DNA of 64,000 nucleotides from an uncultured Oscillibacter sp. (GTDB lineage Bacteria; Bacillota; Clostridia; Oscillospirales; Oscillospiraceae): contig CANDBG010000004.1 of the NCBI GenBank assembly GCA_947382875.1, positions 7,067-71,066 on the forward strand, written 5' to 3'. The translations under genes and the position numbers were made by a program. The notes below the pieces were generated by a model. It saw nothing but the letters and a program-made list of their open reading frames with translations, made no database searches and had not been told where the DNA came from. Positions 58,071-64,000 of the stretch are shown here, in pieces. Numbering within the stretch: position 1 is the stretch's first letter; every line of letters starts with the position of its first letter.

Positions 58071-59030
58071 ATGCTGACAGTTTCCCAGACCGCAGAATTA
58101 CTGCGGTCGTTTGATAACGTATTGATTCTGACCCACCTGCGCCCCGACGGCGACACGGTGGGCTGTGCCGCCGCGCTCTGCGCCGGACTGCGGGCATTGG
58201 GCAAAACGGTGTTCCTGCTGCCGAACCCCGACCTTACCGCCGCCTGTGCGCCTTATTTCCAGCCCTACGCCGCGCCGGAAGGGTTCACGGCGGAGAAAAT
58301 TGTTTCCGTCGACCTGGCAACCACCGGACTGTTTCCGGAAAATGCCAGGGCTTACGCCGGACGTGTGGATCTGGCCATTGACCACCACCTTTCCTTTGAG
58401 GCGTTTGGTCAGGCCAACATCGTTCGGGCAGAGGCCGCCGCCTGCGGGGAATTGATCTATGATATCCTCGCTCAGCTTGGTCCGATGACGCCCGAAATTG
58501 CCCTTCCGCTTTATGTGGCCGTCTCCACGGACACGGGCTGCTTTGCCTACAACAATACCACGCCGTATACCCACGCCGTAGCGGCGGCCTTGATGCGTAC
58601 CGGCATTGATTACAAGGCGGTCAACAAAGCGTTTTTCCGTACGAAAACCCGGAAGCGTCTGGCGCTGGAAGCCGCTATGCTAAGCGACATGGAATTTTAC
58701 GACCGGGAACGGGCAGTCGTTTTATCTGTGCCGCTGTCGCTGATGGAGCGGTTCCAGGCGGACGAGGGCGATGCAGAAGACTTGTCCGCTTTGGGCGGGC
58801 AGATCGAAGGCGTGGACTGCGCCGTAACCATGCGGGAACTGCGTTCCGGTGTTTGGAAAATTTCCGTCCGGACCGGAAGTCGTGTCAACGCGTCCAAAGT
58901 CTGTGCGATGCTCGGCGGCGGCGGGCACGCCGCCGCGGCGGGCTGTACCGTCGAGGCCCCGTGGAGCGAGGCGAAACGCCGGGTTCTGGCCGCCGTTGCG
59001 GAGACGGTGGAAGACTTTTGTGAGAGCTGA
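58071..59030 (+). CDS. nrnA: DHH/DHHA1 phosphoesterase (NrnA-like)
   Basis: [21 protein letters not shown]. Confidence 0.9.
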   Translation: MLTVSQTAELLRSFDNVLILTHLRPDGDTVGCAAALCAGLRALGKTVFLLPNPDLTAACAPYFQPYAAPEGFTAEKIVSVDLATTGLFPENARAYAGRVDLAIDHHLSFEAFGQANIVRAEAAACGELIYDILAQLGPMTPEIALPLYVAVSTDTGCFAYNNTTPYTHAVAAALMRTGIDYKAVNKAFFRTKTRKRLALEAAMLSDMEFYDRERAVVLSVPLSLMERFQADEGDAEDLSALGGQIEGVDCAVTMRELRSGVWKISVRTGSRVNASKVCAMLGGGGHAAAAGCTVEAPWSEAKRRVLAAVAETVEDFCES

Positions 59031-59033
59031 ACG

Positions 59034-59894
59034 ATGCCAAATGGAATTGTAATTATTGACAAGCCCGCCGGTTGGACGTCGATGGACGTATGCGCCAAGC
59101 TGCGGGGGATTCTCCACGAAAAACGCGTGGGACACGGCGGCACCCTGGACCCTATGGCAACCGGCGTATTGCCGGTGTTTGTGGGGCAGGCGACAAAGGC
59201 TGTGGAATTTGCGGAAGACAGTCAGAAGGAATATACCGCCGTTCTGCGTCTGGGTGTCGTGACGGACACCCAGGACGTGACGGGGGAAGTGCTGGAACGC
59301 CGTCCGCTGAACGTCACCCTCCAGGCGCTGGAAACGGCGCTGGAGGGTTTTCGGGGCGAAATCCAGCAGATTCCGCCGATGTATTCCGCTGTGAAGGTGA
59401 ACGGACAGCGGCTCTATGACCTCGCCCGGAAGGGCCGGACGGTGGAACGGAAGCCGCGGCCCGTCACGATTTACGCACTGGAGCTTCTGGGGCAGGAGAG
59501 TGAAACGGATTTCCGTCTTCGCTGTGTCTGCTCCAAGGGGACGTACATTCGAACCCTGTGCCATGATATCGGGCAGGCATTGGGCTGCGGCGGAACCATG
59601 AGCGCCCTTCGGCGCACCAGTGCAGCAGGGTTCACGCTGTCGGACGCCGTGACGATGGAAGACGTACAGGCCCGGGGCGAGGCCCTGCTGCGGCCTGTAG
59701 ACCGCTTATTTGCCGCCTACCCGGCCCGGACGGTGCGATCTGCCGGACAGGAAAAACGCGTCCGCTGCGGGAACCCGGTCACGCTGCCGGGAACGCCTGA
59801 CGGAACCTGCCGCCTGTATGCCCAGGACGGCGCGTTTCTCTGTCTCTCACGGGCGGAAAACGGTCTGCTGACCTCTGTCAAAAATTTTTTCTGA
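59034..59894 (+). CDS. truB: tRNA pseudouridine(55) synthase
   Basis: [21 protein letters not shown]. Confidence 0.97.
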   Translation: MPNGIVIIDKPAGWTSMDVCAKLRGILHEKRVGHGGTLDPMATGVLPVFVGQATKAVEFAEDSQKEYTAVLRLGVVTDTQDVTGEVLERRPLNVTLQALETALEGFRGEIQQIPPMYSAVKVNGQRLYDLARKGRTVERKPRPVTIYALELLGQESETDFRLRCVCSKGTYIRTLCHDIGQALGCGGTMSALRRTSAAGFTLSDAVTMEDVQARGEALLRPVDRLFAAYPARTVRSAGQEKRVRCGNPVTLPGTPDGTCRLYAQDGAFLCLSRAENGLLTSVKNFF

Positions 59895-59898
59895 CCGT

Positions 59899-60249
59899 AT
59901 GCGCCTGTATGGATTTTTGAAAGCCCCGCTGCCGAATGGAAATCAGGATTTGATCTATAAAATCATGCTCCACGAAACCGGGCGGGAGGGCGTTTTTGCG
60001 TACCTTTACACCAGTCCGGACAGCCTGTTCTGCTCTTATGACCTCCATTATGAAACCCTGGCAGACGCCTTGGAGAACTGGGAAGACAAAATTACTCCGG
60101 AAGGATGGGCGGAACTGGATGATCCTCTGACGGATTGCCAGCACGACTGTCCTTTTCCCGTACGGGTCAAGGGGCGGGAGCGCGGTACGCCGCAATGGGG
60201 GCACTATGAACGGTTAGAAAACGGGGAATGGAAGGATTTTGAACCATGA
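59899..60249 (+). CDS. acidic Trp-rich hypothetical protein between truB and ribF
   Basis: 116-aa ORF; ATGA overlap with ribF. Confidence 0.65.
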   Translation: MRLYGFLKAPLPNGNQDLIYKIMLHETGREGVFAYLYTSPDSLFCSYDLHYETLADALENWEDKITPEGWAELDDPLTDCQHDCPFPVRVKGRERGTPQWGHYERLENGEWKDFEP

Positions 60250-61184
60250 GTGACCAGAAACGGAAAGAACGTGTCATAGCCCTTGGATTTTTTGACGGGG
60301 TTCACCTGGGCCATGCGGCGCTTTTGCGCCGTACCGCGGAGGAGGCCGCCCGCCGGAACTGCATCCCCGCCGTGTTTACCTTTGACCGCCCGCCAAAGGA
60401 GGTCGTAACCGACGTACCCTGTCCGCTGATCAACTCCCCCGACGACCGGCGGGATCTGGTGCGTCGTTTGTACGGCATTCGGGAAGTGATTATGGCCCCC
60501 TTTGACCAGGAGATGATGACCACATCCTGGGAGAATTTTGTAACCAGACTGCTGGTGGGGCGTTACCATGCGGTGCATCTTGTGGCGGGGCACGACCACC
60601 GCTTCGGGCACAAAAACCAGGGGACGCCGGAGCTTTTGCGGGCAAAATGCGCAGAGCTTGGCCTGGGCTGTGATATCATTCCGAAAGTGGAGCTGGGGGG
60701 CGTGACCGTCAGTTCCACATACATCCGCCGTCTGCTGGAGCTGGGGCAAATTGACCGGGCAAACCGTTACCTGGGCCATCCGCACACCCTGACCGGCGCG
60801 GTACGGCATGGGCGAGGACTGGGTTCGTCCCGGCTGTTTCCCACAGCAAATCTGGTCATTCCAGCTCATGTTTTAATCCCAAGTTACGGAGTTTACGCAA
60901 CCTGGGTGAGCCTGCCGGACGGCAGGGGCTGTGCGGCAGTCACCAACGTGGGGACTCGTCCCACGGTGAATAACGGAACCGATGTTACCGTAGAAGCGTG
61001 CCTGCTTGACTTCGAGGGCGATTTGTACGGGCAAACGCTGCGGGTGGAATTCTATGAACACCTGCGGAGCGAGATTCGGTTTGACTCCCTGGATGCCCTG
61101 CGGGCGCAGATTGCCGCCGATGCAGAAGCCACCCGCCGGTATTTTGCGGAGGGAAAACCCGTGTCAGCAGAGCCGCAGAGGTGA
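60246..61184 (+). CDS. ribF: riboflavin kinase/FAD synthetase
   Basis: FDGVHLGH, SSTYIR, PTAN, NVGTRPT. Confidence 0.96.
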   Translation: MSDQKRKERVIALGFFDGVHLGHAALLRRTAEEAARRNCIPAVFTFDRPPKEVVTDVPCPLINSPDDRRDLVRRLYGIREVIMAPFDQEMMTTSWENFVTRLLVGRYHAVHLVAGHDHRFGHKNQGTPELLRAKCAELGLGCDIIPKVELGGVTVSSTYIRRLLELGQIDRANRYLGHPHTLTGAVRHGRGLGSSRLFPTANLVIPAHVLIPSYGVYATWVSLPDGRGCAAVTNVGTRPTVNNGTDVTVEACLLDFEGDLYGQTLRVEFYEHLRSEIRFDSLDALRAQIAADAEATRRYFAEGKPVSAEPQR

Positions 61185-61193
61185 CAGAAGACG

Positions 61194-63077
61194 ATGGAAA
61201 AACGTGCCAGACCGGCGCTGTTGTTGGCGGGCCTTCTGCTGACGGCTGCTGCTGCTTTGAATCCTTCGGCGGCTCCGGGCGGCATTTTGCCGGAGGAATC
61301 CCCCAAAATACTGGAAGCCGTCCCCGCTGAATTCCAGCAAACCGAAGATTGTGTACAGATTTCTGTGAAAAAGTCTCAAAAACCGGCGATTACGCTGGAA
61401 ACAGTTCGGAAATCCGGTCCTTCGGATGTTCCGACGGACAGTCCTGCTTATGATACGGTCAGTTATTTAATGTACCAGGGAATTATGCAGGGCCGGAGTG
61501 ACGGCGTGTTTGATCCTTACGCCATGGCAACGCGTGGCGCGGCAGTCATGGCCCTATACCGCATGAGCGGCGGCGTGCCAATCACAAATTATACAACCTT
61601 TTCCGATGCAGACGGGCGGTATGCTGGTGCAGTAGCCTGGGCCGTGAAGACGGGCATTACGCAAGGCGTAAGTGAGGAGCGGTTCGGGGTTTATGAGCCG
61701 GTCAGCCGGGGACAGCTGGCCGTGCTGCTTTACCGTTTTGCAAAAACCCAGGATTTATTGCCGGAAACCGGTCCTCATATGGCGCCCCTTGCGTTCTATC
61801 CCGACGGGAATTCCGTGCCGGACTACGCGAAAGAAGCGCTCTCCTGGGCGCTGGGCAACGGCATTTATCGCACAACAGTCGGAGAATCCATTCTCGCACA
61901 TATGCCGGTTTCCCGCCTGCAAATGGGACAGGCGCTTGTCGCTCTGGCGGGGCAGTGGGACCGTCTGGCCGCGGACATACACGCCGCGCAGCCCTTCCGG
62001 ACATTTGAGAATACCTCAAAAAGCCATCATGCGGAGATTCAAACGGTCATTGCGGACATCGCCAAACGCTACGGTGCAGTAGGCGTACAGGCGGCCGTAA
62101 TTGAAAACGGCGAGGTCAGCGACACCTTCGCTTATGGCTGGGCGACGCAAAATCAAACACCGATGACTCCAAATCACAAAATGCGGGTTGCTTCCATTAC
62201 CAAGCTGGCCGTAGGACTTTCCGCCATACTGCTGTGGGAAGATGGAACGATTGATCTTGATGCGGACATTGGAGAATACTGGGGCTGTACCGTGCGCAAT
62301 CCCCGTTACCCCGAAATTCCGATTACGCTTCGTACTCTTTTGATGCACACATCATCCCTCTCGATTTCAGTGAATGCGAGTCAAACCTATGACAGCGTGA
62401 AAATGCGTATTCAAGGCAGCGGCTTCAATCTGCGCAAGCCGGGCGATATGGATTCCTGGGAATACAACAACGACGGTTTTTCCCTGCTGGGCCTGACCCT
62501 GGAGCTGGCGTCAAACCAGAAGCTGGATACTATTTTGCAGGACCGGCTTTACCGCTGGATGTCCATTGACGGCGCGTTTGCCTCCGGCGATATCCAATGT
62601 AAGGATTTGCTGGTAACGCTCTACCGGGACGACGGAAGCGTTTCCTGGACCGCCGACGCACAAAAAAACCTGCACCTGACAGGCGGTCCCGGCACGACGG
62701 GCTCGTATTTTGCAGGCGGCTTGACGATCAGCGCCGCCGACGTGGGAAAGCTGGTTGCCCTGCTGGCCGCCGATGGGCGTTATGAGGGTGTGCAGCTTTT
62801 GTCGGAAGAATCCGTAAGCTTGATGGAAAGCCGTCAGCCGATTCCCGACGGGTCCTGTCAGGCGATGCCGCTGCGTTACCGCACCGGGCTGTATGGCCGG
62901 AATGGTTTGTACTACCACACAGGAAGCGCTTATGGTGTATATAATTGCATATCGTACGACCCCGAAACCGGAGATGGGGTTGTCGTGCTGACCACCGGCG
63001 CGGACGGCGTGAAGGATGAAAATGACATTTACGCGATCTGCGGAGAAATCGCTGCATACATATATAATATTATTTAG
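61194..63077 (+). CDS. SLH-domain serine hydrolase (beta-lactamase/PBP family)
   Basis: Signal peptide; SLH repeats; ASITK, YNN, HTG motifs. Confidence 0.88.
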   Translation: MEKRARPALLLAGLLLTAAAALNPSAAPGGILPEESPKILEAVPAEFQQTEDCVQISVKKSQKPAITLETVRKSGPSDVPTDSPAYDTVSYLMYQGIMQGRSDGVFDPYAMATRGAAVMALYRMSGGVPITNYTTFSDADGRYAGAVAWAVKTGITQGVSEERFGVYEPVSRGQLAVLLYRFAKTQDLLPETGPHMAPLAFYPDGNSVPDYAKEALSWALGNGIYRTTVGESILAHMPVSRLQMGQALVALAGQWDRLAADIHAAQPFRTFENTSKSHHAEIQTVIADIAKRYGAVGVQAAVIENGEVSDTFAYGWATQNQTPMTPNHKMRVASITKLAVGLSAILLWEDGTIDLDADIGEYWGCTVRNPRYPEIPITLRTLLMHTSSLSISVNASQTYDSVKMRIQGSGFNLRKPGDMDSWEYNNDGFSLLGLTLELASNQKLDTILQDRLYRWMSIDGAFASGDIQCKDLLVTLYRDDGSVSWTADAQKNLHLTGGPGTTGSYFAGGLTISAADVGKLVALLAADGRYEGVQLLSEESVSLMESRQPIPDGSCQAMPLRYRTGLYGRNGLYYHTGSAYGVYNCISYDPETGDGVVVLTTGADGVKDENDIYAICGEIAAYIYNII

Positions 63078-63080
63078 TTG

Positions 63081-63110
63081 GAAAGGGTGCGCCTGACGGC
63101 ACGCCCTTTC
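63081..63110. terminator. terminator between convergent genes
   Basis: GAAAGGGTG...CGCCCTTTC hairpin. Confidence 0.6.
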
Positions 63111-63183
63111 TGATTTTGGAGCAGGAAAATAAGGGAAATTCTGGTGACAAGACAGCTCGTTTGAAAGGAAGCAAACCTCCTGT

Positions 63184-63705
63184 TTAAGTTCCGAAAAAAA
63201 GTCGTACCGCCAACGCCGCCGCCGCAAAACCTGACAGGTCCGCCGCCAGCGCGGCGGGAACGGTGTGACGGGTTTTGTGGATTCCGGCGGAACCAAAATA
63301 GACCGCAATTGTGTAAAACGTCGTTTCCGTGCTGCCGAGCATCACCGCCGCGACACGTCCGATGTAGCTGTCCGGGCCGTGGGACGCCATGAGGTCACTG
63401 GCGACAGCCAAGGCCCCGTTTCCCGATACAGGCCGCACTAACATCAGAGGGGCGGTTTCGGGAGGTATGCCCAAAAGGCCGAGAAGCGGGCTGCAGGCGT
63501 CCGAAAGCCACTCCATGGCTCCCGATGCCCGGAACATGGAAACGGCTGTCAAAAGGCCCACCAGAGCCGGTACAACCCGTAATAAGACCGTCAGTCCTTC
63601 CTCTGCGCCGTGTGTCAGGGCTGCATATACGTCCATACGCTTTCCAGTGCCGTAAAGGGCAATTCCCGCCAGAAGAAGCGGAATGACCAAAGAACTCCAA
63701 TTCAT
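63184..63705 (-). CDS. spmB: spore maturation protein B
   Basis: RPVSG, GPDSYIG, GSTETTFYTIAVYFG. Confidence 0.93.
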   Translation of the reverse strand: MNWSSLVIPLLLAGIALYGTGKRMDVYAALTHGAEEGLTVLLRVVPALVGLLTAVSMFRASGAMEWLSDACSPLLGLLGIPPETAPLMLVRPVSGNGALAVASDLMASHGPDSYIGRVAAVMLGSTETTFYTIAVYFGSAGIHKTRHTVPAALAADLSGFAAAALAVRLFFGT

Positions 63706-64000
63706 TTGCGTTTCCCCCAGTGCGAAAAGAGCCACGCCGCCGACAATCCTGCCAGAACCGACAGCACCGATGCAAACCAGACCGCCGGGAGAATGTCAAA
63801 GGGGGTCTCGCAGCCCGCCGCGGCCCGTACTGAGGCAATGGTTGCCGGAATGAGCTGAATTGAGGCGGTATTCAGCACTACAAGCAGGCACAGCTCATTG
63901 CTTGCCACGCCGTAACAGCCCTGGGCCATCCGCCGGGCGGCCCGGATTCCGAGGGGTGTGGCGGCGTTGCCAAGTCCCAGTAAATTAGCGGAAACATTGG
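63702..64000 (-). CDS. spmA: spore maturation protein A, 3' part
   Basis: ANLLGLGNAATPLG, LNTASIQLIP. Confidence 0.92.
   Translation of the reverse strand, partial: NVSANLLGLGNAATPLGIRAARRMAQGCYGVASNELCLLVVLNTASIQLIPATIASVRAAAGCETPFDILPAVWFASVLSVLAGLSAAWLFSHWGKRK

Noticed and set aside
61194-63077. Antibiotic-resistance beta-lactamase
   Set aside because: SLH-anchored serine hydrolases of this family are more likely cell-wall peptidases or esterases; no evidence for resistance

Overview
This is a GC-rich Clostridia chromosome segment; gene content and style suggest Oscillospiraceae (Oscillibacter-like). The backbone is housekeeping and sporulation genes: the SCIFF ranthipeptide locus, rarA, the pur operon, mtlD, rpsT, tatD with its radical SAM partner, queT under a preQ1-I-like riboswitch, a dlt-like operon, the rimP-nusA-infB-rbfA-truB-ribF operon and spmAB. 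Three things stand out. (1) A compact four-gene operon at 24411-30549 encodes HD-RyR, TIR with two SeqA-like domains, a PD-(D/E)XK nuclease with a RAMA-like domain, and a 2TM-RCK-RyR protein. It looks like an undescribed modified-DNA-sensing, nucleotide-signalling anti-phage system. (2) A large serine recombinase abuts the first 10 codons of a probable sporulation amidase gene that has a sigK-like promoter, suggesting a skin-like gene-splitting element whose other end is not in the window. (3) Orphan immunity-like genes are repeatedly intercalated into core operons, including at the usual position of the IMP cyclohydrolase. All domain calls come from motif recognition by eye; no searches were run.
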